Source: an uncultured Ignavibacteriales bacterium (lineage in GTDB: Bacteria > Bacteroidota > Ignavibacteria > Ignavibacteriales > Melioribacteraceae). Taken from it: a stretch of DNA of 64,000 nt. Position numbers and translations under genes: made by a program. Shown here one piece after another: positions 11,200-20,947 of the stretch (position 1 is the first letter of the stretch; each line of letters begins with the position of its first letter). Location: contig CAMZLW010000079.1 of the NCBI GenBank assembly GCA_947311785.1, forward strand, positions 4,016 to 68,015. Reading direction: 5' to 3'. Below the pieces are notes generated by a model that saw only the letters and a list, made by a program, of their open reading frames with translations, was not told where the DNA came from and searched no databases.

Positions 11200-14100
11200 C
11201 TACTTATACTCATCCCAACTTTTTACAGCTAATTTATCATTGCTATAATAAATAGCTTTTACAAAACGCTTTGCAACTTGAATATTTGTAATTAATGGGA
11301 TGTTTAAATCAATTGCTTTCCGACGGATATAATAATCGCTATCTAACTCAGCCTTCTCATTATTTTTAGGAATATTGATAACAAGATCTATTTTACCCTC
11401 TTCCATATAGGTTAAAATGTTAGGCTCTTCTTTTGTGTAAGGTCTGTTTAGCTCTATCATATTAAAATTATTTTCGTTATAAAACTTGCAAGTCCCTTTA
11501 GTTCCATAAAAATCTATCTCCAATTTTTGGAGCATTTTCATCTCTTCCAAAAATTCTGTTTTATATTTTACTGGTCCTGTAGAGAGTAAAATTCCTTTCT
11601 CTGGGATTTTAAAACCAATTGAAAGAACAGATTTTAAGAATGCTTCGTTAAAATCATCACCTAAACAAGCAACTTCGCCAGTGGACGACATTTCGACACC
11701 AAGCACAGGATCGGAGCCTTTTAATCTTGTGAAAGAAAATTGTGGAGCCTTAACCCCAACATAATCAAGGTCAAACGAGGATTTATCAATTTTATGAGGC
11801 TTTTCACCAATCATAAGTTGAGTTGCAATATCAATAAAATTTTGCTTTAATACTTTTGATACAAAAGGGAAACTTCGTGAAGCTCGCAAATTACACTCAA
11901 TTACTTTTACATCGTTATCCTTTGCTATAAACTGCATATTATATGGACCAGTAATTTCAAGGGCTTTAGCAATTTTTTTAGTAATCATTTTAATGCGACG
12001 CATTGTTTCGAGGTAAAGCCTTTGCGGAGGCAACACAATAGTTGCATCACCCGAATGAACTCCAGCGTTTTCAACATGTTCTGAAATTGCATAAGCAAAA
12101 AGCTCACCATGGTCTGCAACTGCATCAACTTCAATTTCTCGTGCATCTTCTATAAACTTTGTAATCACAACTGGATGTTCACTACTGATATCGGAAGCCT
12201 TTTTCAAAAACAATTCAAGTTCATCCTCACTGAGGACAATGCTCATTGCAGCACCACTTAAAACATAACTTGGACGGATAAGAACTGGATAGCCAACTTC
12301 ATTACAAAAATCTTTTGCCGAATCGAGATTAGTTAATTCTTCCCATTCTGGTTGGTCAATCCCTTCCCTATCCAAAATTGCAGAAAACTTATGACGGCTC
12401 TCAGCATTATCAATCATCTCAGGAGATGTTCCAATAATATTAACTCCGTGCTTATGCATTTTCATTGCAAGAATGTTTGGTATTTGCCCTCCAACAGAAA
12501 CTATAACTCCTTCGGGAGATTCCTTTTCATAAATATCTAACACACGCTCCATGCTCATCTCTTCAAAGTATAACTTGTGTGCAGTATCGTGGTCGGTACT
12601 TACTGTCTCTGGATTATAATTAATCATAATAGATTTGTAGCCGTGGTTATCCAAAGTGTTTGCAGCGTTTACGCAGCACCAGTCAAACTCAACAGATGAG
12701 CCTATGCGATACGCTCCGCCACCGAGGACAATTATTTGCTTCTCTTCGCCAAGTTCAATGTCATCGAAGAACCCATTGTAAGTCATATACAAATAATTTG
12801 TTTGTGCAGGAAATTCCGCAGCCATAGTATCTATCTGCTTAATGCTTGGAATTACATTTAACTCTTTTCGATAATTCCTTACATCAAATTCATCGGAGTT
12901 GGTTAGCATTCCTATTTGCTTATCAGAAAATCCTAACTGCTTTGCCCTAAGTAATAAGAGCTTATCAATTTTGTTTAACTCTTGTCCTTTTATAAACTCA
13001 GCTTGGTCAACAATGTTTTTCATTTTATATAAAAACCATTTGTCAATTTTTGTTAAGTCGTTCAACTTATCAACCGAGTAGCCTTGTTGCAATGCTTTAG
13101 CAACATAGTAAATTCGCTTATCGCTAGGCTGCTGTAGCTCTTTATCCAACTCAACAACTTCAAACTCGTTGCAAACAAATCCGTCCATTCCAATATCGAG
13201 CATTCGGATTGCCTTTTGTAAAACCTCTTCGAAGCTACGCCCTATTGACATAACCTCGCCAACCGATTTCATTTCGGAGCCAAGCAGAGTGCTAACTTGG
13301 CTGAACTTCTGCAAATCCCACCGAGGGAATTTTAGCACAACATAATCGAGTGCTGGCTCACAACAAGCAGATGTTTCTTTTGTTATTTCATTTTCAATTT
13401 CGTTTAGTGCATAGCCAATAGAGAGTTTTGTTGCAACAAAGGCAAGTGGATATCCAGTAGCTTTAGATGCAAGTGCCGAGCTTCGGCTTAAGCGCGCGTT
13501 CACTTCAATAATTCTGTAATCGTCAGAAGTTGGAGATAGAGCATATTGGATGTTGCACTCACCCACAATTCCAAGATGGCGTATAAGCTTTATCCCATTG
13601 GAGCGAAGCATAAAATTCTCTTTTGCCGAAAGAGTTTGCACAGGTGCAGCAACAATACTATCGCCCGTATGAATTCCCATTGGGTCAATGTTTTCCATTG
13701 AACAAACGGTTATACAATTGTCATGCTTATCACGAACAATTTCGTATTCAACTTCCTTCCAGCCATAAAGTGATTCTTCAATTAATATTTGAGTAGTAAA
13801 CGAAAATGCTTTTTGTGCTTTCTCTCTTAGTTCTTCTTCATTATCAACAATGCCAGAACCAAGCCCACCAAGGGCAAACGCAATACGCACCATTACAGGG
13901 AAACCAATTTCGTTTGCAACTTCAATTGCTTCATCTACATTTGTAGCGGTTTTACTTAAGGCAACTTTTAAATCAACCTCTTCAACTTTTTGATTAAACC
14001 GTTTTCTATCTTCTGTTTCTAAAATTGTATCAACAGGAGTTCCGAGAACTTTTATATTATATTTTTCTAAAATTCCTTGCTCGTATAACTCAATGCCTGT

Positions 14101-14391
14101 GTTCAATCCAGTTTGCCCACCAAAGCCAAGTAGAATTCCATCGGGCTTTTCTTTAATAATTATCTCTTCTACAAACTTTACTTTAATTGGCAAAAAATAA
14201 ACTTTATCGGCAAAGTTTTCGGATGTTTGAATTGTTGCAATATTAGGATTAATTAATACTGTTTTTATTCCATCCTCTTTAAGTGCTTTAATAGCTTGAC
14301 TTCCAGAGTAATCGAACTCGCCAGCTTGCCCAATTTGCAATGCACCAGAGCCTAAGATTAAAACTTTTTTGGGTTTATTTTTCTTTATCAT
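11200..14391 (-). CDS. carB: Carbamoyl-phosphate synthase large subunit
   Basis: IGQAGEFDYSG, HTGDS, NPETVSTD, HSGDA motifs and C-terminal MGS domain. Confidence 0.98.
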   Translation of the reverse strand: MIKKNKPKKVLILGSGALQIGQAGEFDYSGSQAIKALKEDGIKTVLINPNIATIQTSENFADKVYFLPIKVKFVEEIIIKEKPDGILLGFGGQTGLNTGIELYEQGILEKYNIKVLGTPVDTILETEDRKRFNQKVEEVDLKVALSKTATNVDEAIEVANEIGFPVMVRIAFALGGLGSGIVDNEEELREKAQKAFSFTTQILIEESLYGWKEVEYEIVRDKHDNCITVCSMENIDPMGIHTGDSIVAAPVQTLSAKENFMLRSNGIKLIRHLGIVGECNIQYALSPTSDDYRIIEVNARLSRSSALASKATGYPLAFVATKLSIGYALNEIENEITKETSACCEPALDYVVLKFPRWDLQKFSQVSTLLGSEMKSVGEVMSIGRSFEEVLQKAIRMLDIGMDGFVCNEFEVVELDKELQQPSDKRIYYVAKALQQGYSVDKLNDLTKIDKWFLYKMKNIVDQAEFIKGQELNKIDKLLLLRAKQLGFSDKQIGMLTNSDEFDVRNYRKELNVIPSIKQIDTMAAEFPAQTNYLYMTYNGFFDDIELGEEKQIIVLGGGAYRIGSSVEFDWCCVNAANTLDNHGYKSIMINYNPETVSTDHDTAHKLYFEEMSMERVLDIYEKESPEGVIVSVGGQIPNILAMKMHKHGVNIIGTSPEMIDNAESRHKFSAILDREGIDQPEWEELTNLDSAKDFCNEVGYPVLIRPSYVLSGAAMSIVLSEDELELFLKKASDISSEHPVVITKFIEDAREIEVDAVADHGELFAYAISEHVENAGVHSGDATIVLPPQRLYLETMRRIKMITKKIAKALEITGPYNMQFIAKDNDVKVIECNLRASRSFPFVSKVLKQNFIDIATQLMIGEKPHKIDKSSFDLDYVGVKAPQFSFTRLKGSDPVLGVEMSSTGEVACLGDDFNEAFLKSVLSIGFKIPEKGILLSTGPVKYKTEFLEEMKMLQKLEIDFYGTKGTCKFYNENNFNMIELNRPYTKEEPNILTYMEEGKIDLVINIPKNNEKAELDSDYYIRRKAIDLNIPLITNIQVAKRFVKAIYYSNDKLAVKSWDEYK

Positions 14392-15479
14392 TTTAACGAC
14401 CTCACAAACATATCAAAAATAAATTCAGTATCATCAGGCCCAGGAGAGGCTTCGGGATGAAATTGGGTTCCAAAAAATGGTTTTGAAATATGAATAATTC
14501 CTTCGTTAGAACCATCGTTATCGTTAGTAAACCATTCACGCCAATCTTGTGGCATTGTTTCAGCATCAACAGCGTAGCCGTGGTTTTGCGAAGTAATGTA
14601 ACTTCTGTTTGTGCCTGCTTCGTTAACTGGTTGATTCAAACTTCTGTGTCCGTATTTTAATTTGTATGTTTCCATACCAGCAGCAAGACCAATTATTTGG
14701 CTACCCAAACAAACGCCAAGTGTAGGAATCCCTTTATCCATAGCGAGTTTAGTATTTTCTACTGTTGCCTTGCACATTTTAGGGTCGCCAGGTCCGTTGG
14801 ATATCATTATTCCGTCTGCATCAATATTCATAAAATCGTAATCGTAAGGAACTCTGATAACCGAAATATCACGCCCTTGAAATGCTCGGATGATGTTATT
14901 CTTAACTCCACAATCAACCAATATAATTTTTGTTCCTCCACCTTTATATTCAACAACTTCTTTGGTACAAACCGAGCCAACCAAGTCAGTTTTATTTGGG
15001 TCTTCTACTTTTTTATTTAAGTCCGTATCTGTTACTTCATCGCCTGGAATAATCCAGCCAAGCATTGTTCCGCTATCACGTAACTTTCGTGTTAAAGCCC
15101 GTGTATCAATTCCAAATATTCCTGGAATTTTTTCTTCTTCCATCCAATCACTAAGTGAGCGTTCGGCATTCCAGTGCGAATAATTTTCGGAGTAATCGGC
15201 AACTATTAAAGCTTTCGTTTGAATTTTATCCGATTCGAAATGAACTAAAAGTGATTTGTCGTAAATTTTTGGAGGAACTCCATAATTGCCCATAAGCGGA
15301 TACGTTGCTACAAGAATTTGTCCTGCATAAGATGGGTCGGTTAATGTTTCGGGGTATCCCACCATTCCAGTATTGAAAACAACTTCTCCGTCAGTTTCTC
15401 CGAGATACCCAAACGAATATCCAGAAAAGATGGTGCCATCTTCTAAAATTAATGTAGCTCTTTCATAATTTTTCTTCAT
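14388..15479 (-). CDS. carA: Carbamoyl-phosphate synthase small (glutaminase) subunit
   Basis: GEVVFNTGM, SNGPGDP, GVCLG, QNHGY and QFHPE motifs; ATGA overlap with carB. Confidence 0.98.
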   Translation of the reverse strand: MKKNYERATLILEDGTIFSGYSFGYLGETDGEVVFNTGMVGYPETLTDPSYAGQILVATYPLMGNYGVPPKIYDKSLLVHFESDKIQTKALIVADYSENYSHWNAERSLSDWMEEEKIPGIFGIDTRALTRKLRDSGTMLGWIIPGDEVTDTDLNKKVEDPNKTDLVGSVCTKEVVEYKGGGTKIILVDCGVKNNIIRAFQGRDISVIRVPYDYDFMNIDADGIMISNGPGDPKMCKATVENTKLAMDKGIPTLGVCLGSQIIGLAAGMETYKLKYGHRSLNQPVNEAGTNRSYITSQNHGYAVDAETMPQDWREWFTNDNDGSNEGIIHISKPFFGTQFHPEASPGPDDTEFIFDMFVRSLK

Positions 15480-15710
15480 TTTGCCTGTGCGATTTGTTTA
15501 AACAAAGTAGATTTTTTGTGCAGGGTCAAATATACAAAAAATTGATTATTGATATAATTAATTCATCCAAGAAAAATTCTAAAAGTGATTTTATTACAGA
15601 ATATTGAATATATATTCTAAAGAAATCTTTGCTAAATTTAGAGAATTCATATTTTCACTTATATAGTGATTTTATAAAATTCAAACATCTTTGAATGGAC
15701 AAACTGCAAA

Positions 15711-16598
15711 TCAGATTTTTTTCCTATTCCCTCTATTAATTACCCAAACCCCTATTAGAATTATAATTGCTGCAAGTATTATTTCGAAGCTGAGTATTTC
15801 ATCCAAAATAAGCCAGCCAGCAAAGAGTGCTATTACTGGATTTACATAGGTGTAGGTTGTTACAAATGAAATTGGAAGATGTTCAATAGCATAAATGTAT
15901 GAGCCATAAGCTATAAACGAACCAAATATTGTAAGATAAATAAAAGCCATTACTCCGTTTTGAGTAAATTCAAAATGCTCTGCTTCGCCAATTAATAAGC
16001 CTACAATAATTTGAAATGTTCCACCAATTAACATTTGGGTTGCAGCATTTGCAAGAGGGTCAACATCTATTTTTTTGTGCTTCGAGTAAACAGTTCCAAG
16101 TGCCCAAGAAGTAATCCCAACATAAATTGCAATAATACCATAAAGGTACTCTGTTTCAAAAAGCAATGTAAAATTATTACCAAAGATTAATAGAATTCCT
16201 CCAAAGCCAACGAGTACGCCTATTAAAATTGTTTTATTAAATTCTACTTTTCTAAGAATTAGTGTTTCTGTTAAAACAATTATCATTGGCATAGTGGTAA
16301 GTAATAATGCGGTTAACCCACTTGGAATCCATTGCTCGGCAAATGCAACCAACCCGCTTCCTAAACCAATAAGTGAAATTCCAATAACTGCAATGGGCAA
16401 TAAATCTTTTTTTGTTGGAAGTTTAACACCGCGTAGTTTTAGAAAAATTAAAAATACTGGCCCTGCAATGAGCCATCTTAATCCAGAAAAAAGAAATGGT
16501 GGCATTTCTTGTACGCCAACTCTAATTACTAAATAAGTGGTTCCCCAAATAATACAAATTGCTAGCCAAGCTAAATATGCTTTTGTTTTTGTTGTCAA
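15711..16598 (-). CDS. EamA/DMT family transporter (YedA-like)
   Basis: IIWGTTY and YVNPVIA motifs, about 10 TM. Confidence 0.9.
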   Translation of the reverse strand: MTTKTKAYLAWLAICIIWGTTYLVIRVGVQEMPPFLFSGLRWLIAGPVFLIFLKLRGVKLPTKKDLLPIAVIGISLIGLGSGLVAFAEQWIPSGLTALLLTTMPMIIVLTETLILRKVEFNKTILIGVLVGFGGILLIFGNNFTLLFETEYLYGIIAIYVGITSWALGTVYSKHKKIDVDPLANAATQMLIGGTFQIIVGLLIGEAEHFEFTQNGVMAFIYLTIFGSFIAYGSYIYAIEHLPISFVTTYTYVNPVIALFAGWLILDEILSFEIILAAIIILIGVWVINRGNRKKI

Positions 16599-16784
16599 AT
16601 TTTTCTCATTTTTTGGAAACCAAATTTAATCTAATTATTACTTCTAAAACAGATGGGAAGGCTGATTATTATGATGATTATAAATATGCATGATGAAAGT
16701 AAAATTAAATTTTCTATATTATAGGTGATTAGAATTATAATTTTTATTTAACTTTGCTTTTATATATTTATGCGGATGAACTTA

Positions 16785-17267
16785 ATGAATTCAAAATTAG
16801 TTATAAAAAAAGGAACGGTTGATGATGCTGAAACAATCTATAATTTCATCTATCAATTAGCCGAATATGAAAAGCTCACAGAGGAAGTAACCACAACCCC
16901 AGCAGAACTTGCAAAAACTCTTTTTGCCGAAAACACGCATACCCATACTATCATTGGATATTATGAGAACAAGCCTGTTGGATTTGCTCTATACTTTTAT
17001 AACTACTCAACATTCAAAGGAAAGCATGGATTATATTTGGAGGATTTATTTGTAATTCCAGAAATGCGTGGTAAAGGTTTTGGTAAAACGTTATTGCTTG
17101 AATTAGCAAGTATTGCAAAAGAGAATAATTGTGCTAGGTTCGAATGGTCAGTGCTGGACTGGAATAAACCAGCAATAGATTTTTATAAATCGCTTGGTGC
17201 AAAACCAATGGATGAGTGGACAGTATTCCGATTAACAGAAAATGAAATTGAAAATTTAATTAAATAG
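16785..17267 (+). CDS. GNAT N-acetyltransferase (diamine acetyltransferase-like)
   Basis: LAEYEK, LYLEDLFV..RGKGFG, WSVLDWN..AIDFY motifs; start uncertain (16770 or 16785). Confidence 0.9.
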   Translation: MNSKLVIKKGTVDDAETIYNFIYQLAEYEKLTEEVTTTPAELAKTLFAENTHTHTIIGYYENKPVGFALYFYNYSTFKGKHGLYLEDLFVIPEMRGKGFGKTLLLELASIAKENNCARFEWSVLDWNKPAIDFYKSLGAKPMDEWTVFRLTENEIENLIK

Positions 17268-17274
17268 GACTTTT

Positions 17275-18495
17275 ATGGAAACTACAATAAATAATATTTC
17301 CGAATGGTTAAAAGCTAATCCGCTACTTTTTACTTTAATAAAAGGAGCATTAATTATTTTGGGAGCTATTATTGTTTACCTAATTATTCATAAAGTGGTA
17401 ATTTCACTAATCACTAAAGTTGTAAAAAAAACTAAAACCGAGTTTGATGATATACTACTAAATAAAAAATTGCTTCAACGTTTTTCTTATATTTTCCCAA
17501 TTATTTTTATTCAACAATTTACTTTCTTTACTTCCGAAGTAGATGCAACTTTCGATAATGTTCTTCAAGCACTAATTGCTCTATTTATTATTCTAATTAT
17601 AAATAGTATTCTTGATTCGTTTGTTGAAATTATTACAAAATTTGAAAAATTTAAAGACCGTCCTCTTAAAAGCTATTCGCAAGTTATCAAAATAATTATT
17701 TCAATTATTGGGGCAATTTTAATTTTTGGAATTGTAACGGGACAGAGCTTTTGGTCTTTATTTGCTGGACTTGGAGCAATTAGTGCTGTGCTACTTCTTG
17801 TTTTTAAAGACACAATTATGGCATTTGTTGCAAGCATCCAAATTGCTACTTACGATTTAGTTAAGGTTGGCGATTGGATTGAGATTCCTGCACTTAGTGT
17901 TGATGGCGATGTAATGGATATGGCACTTCACACAATTAAGGTTCGCAATTTTGATAAAACAATTACAACAGTTCCAACAAATAAATTGATTGAGCAATCG
18001 TTCAAAAATTGGCGTGGAATGCAAAACACTGGTGCACGTAGAATTAAAAGAGCTATTTATATTGATGTATCGAGCATCAAATTTTTATCGGATGAAATAC
18101 TAAAACGCTTTAGTAAATTTCAACTAATTTCTGAATATTTAAAAGAGAAAAAGCAAGAAGTTGAAAATTTTAATACACAAAAGGTGATAGACACTTCCGA
18201 GATAGTAAATGGAAGAAGATTAACAAACGTTGGAACATTTCGTGAATACTTAAAGGCTTATCTCCATAGCAGAAGCGACATTAATGAAAATTTAACTTTT
18301 TTGGTTAGGCAACTTGCACCTGGTCCAGACGGACTACCCATTGAAATTTATGTTTTTGCAAATACTACTGCGTGGGTTAAATACGAAGAAATTCAAGCCG
18401 ATATTTTTGACCATATAATGGCCGTTGCAAATGAGTTTGAATTGAAAATTTTCCAAAATCCAACAGGAAATGATTTTAATAAACTGAGTAAATAG
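17275..18495 (+). CDS. Miniconductance mechanosensitive channel (YbdG/MscM-like)
   Basis: GDWIE, VRNFDKTI, FKNWRGM, RRIKR, TNVGTFR and GLPIEIY motifs. Confidence 0.92.
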   Translation: METTINNISEWLKANPLLFTLIKGALIILGAIIVYLIIHKVVISLITKVVKKTKTEFDDILLNKKLLQRFSYIFPIIFIQQFTFFTSEVDATFDNVLQALIALFIILIINSILDSFVEIITKFEKFKDRPLKSYSQVIKIIISIIGAILIFGIVTGQSFWSLFAGLGAISAVLLLVFKDTIMAFVASIQIATYDLVKVGDWIEIPALSVDGDVMDMALHTIKVRNFDKTITTVPTNKLIEQSFKNWRGMQNTGARRIKRAIYIDVSSIKFLSDEILKRFSKFQLISEYLKEKKQEVENFNTQKVIDTSEIVNGRRLTNVGTFREYLKAYLHSRSDINENLTFLVRQLAPGPDGLPIEIYVFANTTAWVKYEEIQADIFDHIMAVANEFELKIFQNPTGNDFNKLSK

Positions 18496-18653
18496 AACTC
18501 AAAATAATCTGTCATTTCAAGCACTAATGTTATTTGCAATGGGGACAACAAGAAAATATTTTTTTCAATGTCATTCGTTACTTTTACATTTATTTTTAAC
18601 GGAAAGTATCCATCAATTTAATAAAAATATCAAACAAGAAATAAGAGATAAAA

Positions 18654-19805
18654 ATGAAAGCAACAGTAGCAGATACAATAGCATACGCACTGCAGGATTT
18701 GGAGGTTAATATTTTAACACACGTGCCTGGTTATGGTGGTACGGAAACTTTTGAAAGCTATAAAAAAATAAATATGAGAAACCCTCAAATTTCATTTCAC
18801 GAAGAAGTGGCTTATACAATTTGCCACGGTGCAAGTATCGTGGGCAAACGTTCGGCGTGTTTAATAAAAGCTCAAGGTGTAGCAAAAGCTGCCAACAGCG
18901 TTGTCGATTCTCTTTATACATCGGTAACTGCTGGCTTTGTAACATTTATTTTTGATGATAATATTGGAAGCCACTCTGATAACATAATGGAAATAGAAGC
19001 CCTGCTCAAAGGGCTCTCTTTGCCATACATAATTGCCGATACTATAACTATTTATGATGATGTTATAAATGCTTTTCATAAATCGGAGGAGGAACAACAG
19101 CCTTTTGCGATAATAATTAATGCTACTGAAATTTTGAAAGAGACAGAATTTGAGCAACAAAGTTATAGAAAGAGTTTTACATATAATCGTGATATTTTAC
19201 AACATGTAGTCCATCCACTTTTTGCACAATACCAGTATGATGTATTTAAAAATAAAAAAAGTGTAAATAATAACTCTGAAATTGAAAAACCAAAACTAAT
19301 TCAAGTTCCTAATGAACTTCCCCCACATTCAAAAGATGCTGTAAAAAAATATCAACAATTTTTTGATTTGTTCAAAAACTTTAAGGGGGATGTTGTTACT
19401 GGCGATACAAGTTCGTCCAGTAGCTATGCACTTCCACCGTATGATGCAATAGATATTGTTACATACATTGGTGGTTCAATTCCACTAGCAATTGGTGCAT
19501 ACCTTGCTGGAAACCGTTATACGTGGGCTATGACTGGCGATTTTGGTTTTATTGCCGCTGGGCATCTTGGTTTGTTGGAAGCGTCCATTAGACAAGTTCC
19601 ATTAAAAATTGTAATTTTTAATAACAAACAAGCGGCTGCTACTGGCGGACAACCAATTCCACACACAATTCTTTATAAAATTTTGGCTGGATATGAAAAA
19701 TTTATTCGTAATATTTCTAATTCAACTGACCCTTTTGAGGTTACAGAAATTTTAGACGAAGCCACACAAGCAGACGAGTTGAGAATTATAATTGTTAATT
19801 ACTAA
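18654..19805 (+). CDS. ThDP-dependent enzyme, shortened IorA-like
   Basis: VPG..TE, HEEVA..GAS..G.R (PYR domain); GDFG...NN..ATGGQ (ThDP-binding motif). Confidence 0.75.
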   Translation: MKATVADTIAYALQDLEVNILTHVPGYGGTETFESYKKINMRNPQISFHEEVAYTICHGASIVGKRSACLIKAQGVAKAANSVVDSLYTSVTAGFVTFIFDDNIGSHSDNIMEIEALLKGLSLPYIIADTITIYDDVINAFHKSEEEQQPFAIIINATEILKETEFEQQSYRKSFTYNRDILQHVVHPLFAQYQYDVFKNKKSVNNNSEIEKPKLIQVPNELPPHSKDAVKKYQQFFDLFKNFKGDVVTGDTSSSSSYALPPYDAIDIVTYIGGSIPLAIGAYLAGNRYTWAMTGDFGFIAAGHLGLLEASIRQVPLKIVIFNNKQAAATGGQPIPHTILYKILAGYEKFIRNISNSTDPFEVTEILDEATQADELRIIIVNY

Positions 19806-19945
19806 GAGAAATAGCACGTTGATAGAACGGATTAAATAGATTTGACGAATAACAAATGTGGAATTATTTAGACTTATATTCCTAGAACATATTAAAATTA
19901 TTATTACTATTTTAAAATTATCACTTAACTAATAGAGGTAACACA

Positions 19946-20623
19946 ATGCAAAAAACAAAATTTTCAATTCTTATTTTAGTTTTACTTTTTACATTTACTG
20001 TAAATTCTTTTGCTCAAACGGATACTTCAAAAATAGACTTAAATGGTAAGTGGGCTTTGCAGTTTGGGATATCACATAGTTTTACACTAACTAATTTTGA
20101 TGGTGCTACTTTTTCTGGAAAGTATCATTTTACTAATAATTCTGCCATAAGAATTGGTGTAACTCTTGGGTATAATGATAAAGACAAAGAAATATCAGGG
20201 ACAAATATACTCCCTGATACAACAAAAATTTATGACTATGATGGTAATTTATCCAGTGCTAACATTAGAATTGCACTACAATATCTGCACTATCTTGAAA
20301 TGACTAAATCAATATCATCATATTACGGAGCTGGATTATACTATTTCACTCGACCCTACGATGAGAATCTTGAAGATTACAGACTAGAAAAAATTAGTTA
20401 CTTTGGTTATGGTTTTGATTTATTGATGGGAGTTGAATGGTTTGCAACTTCCAGTATTGGAGTAAATGCTGAGTATGGTTTATCATTTGGTTACTCTTAT
20501 AAAGAGGTAACAAGTGAAAGAACATACACATATAATGATGAAAAAAGTAAAAGATATTCTAACGAATCTGGCTTTGCTCTATATAGCCAGAGGGTTAAAT
20601 TTGGTCTTTCAGTTTATTTCTAA
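19946..20623 (+). CDS. Outer-membrane beta-barrel protein
   Basis: Signal peptide (SFA-Q), alternating aromatic/Gly strands, C-terminal YF. Confidence 0.8.
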   Translation: MQKTKFSILILVLLFTFTVNSFAQTDTSKIDLNGKWALQFGISHSFTLTNFDGATFSGKYHFTNNSAIRIGVTLGYNDKDKEISGTNILPDTTKIYDYDGNLSSANIRIALQYLHYLEMTKSISSYYGAGLYYFTRPYDENLEDYRLEKISYFGYGFDLLMGVEWFATSSIGVNAEYGLSFGYSYKEVTSERTYTYNDEKSKRYSNESGFALYSQRVKFGLSVYF

Positions 20624-20628
20624 TTTTC

Positions 20629-20663
20629 TAATCTCACAATTCCACAATTAAATTGTGAGGTTA
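20629..20663 (+). terminator. Probable terminator hairpin after the beta-barrel gene
   Basis: taatctcacaatt/aattgtgaggtta stem. Confidence 0.6.
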
Positions 20664-20664
20664 T

Positions 20665-20693
20665 TTGACTTACCTATTTCTTCTCTTTATATT
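20665..20693 (+). promoter_or_regulatory. Sigma70-like promoter upstream of the TonB-dependent receptor
   Basis: TTGACT-N17-TATATT. Confidence 0.6.
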
Positions 20694-20947
20694 TTGCGAT
20701 TGAATTTTAATTTAACAATTAAAATTCAATCGCTCTTTTACAAACACACTCGGCTCGGCAGTAAAACCCTATTACTGTTCATGTTTGTGAAATTCCCATT
20801 AATTAAAACAAAGCATATTTTTTAAATTCTGCTCTAATTACCACATGTTTCTTGTTGGAATCTTATACCCAATGGGATTCCCAATAGAAGCAATTGGGAA
20901 TGACAGTATTAAATATATTTTCAATTTTCAGTTCAATAAAGGCAACA

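Noticed and set aside
18527..18709. 60-aa ORF upstream of the ThDP enzyme
   Set aside because: No SD or motif, and it overlaps the real start out of frame
20696..20947. Cobalamin or TPP riboswitch call for the TBDR leader
   Set aside because: An ATACCC and GGGAA are present, but the other conserved elements (CTGAGA/ACCTG for TPP; GCCACTG B12 box) are missing
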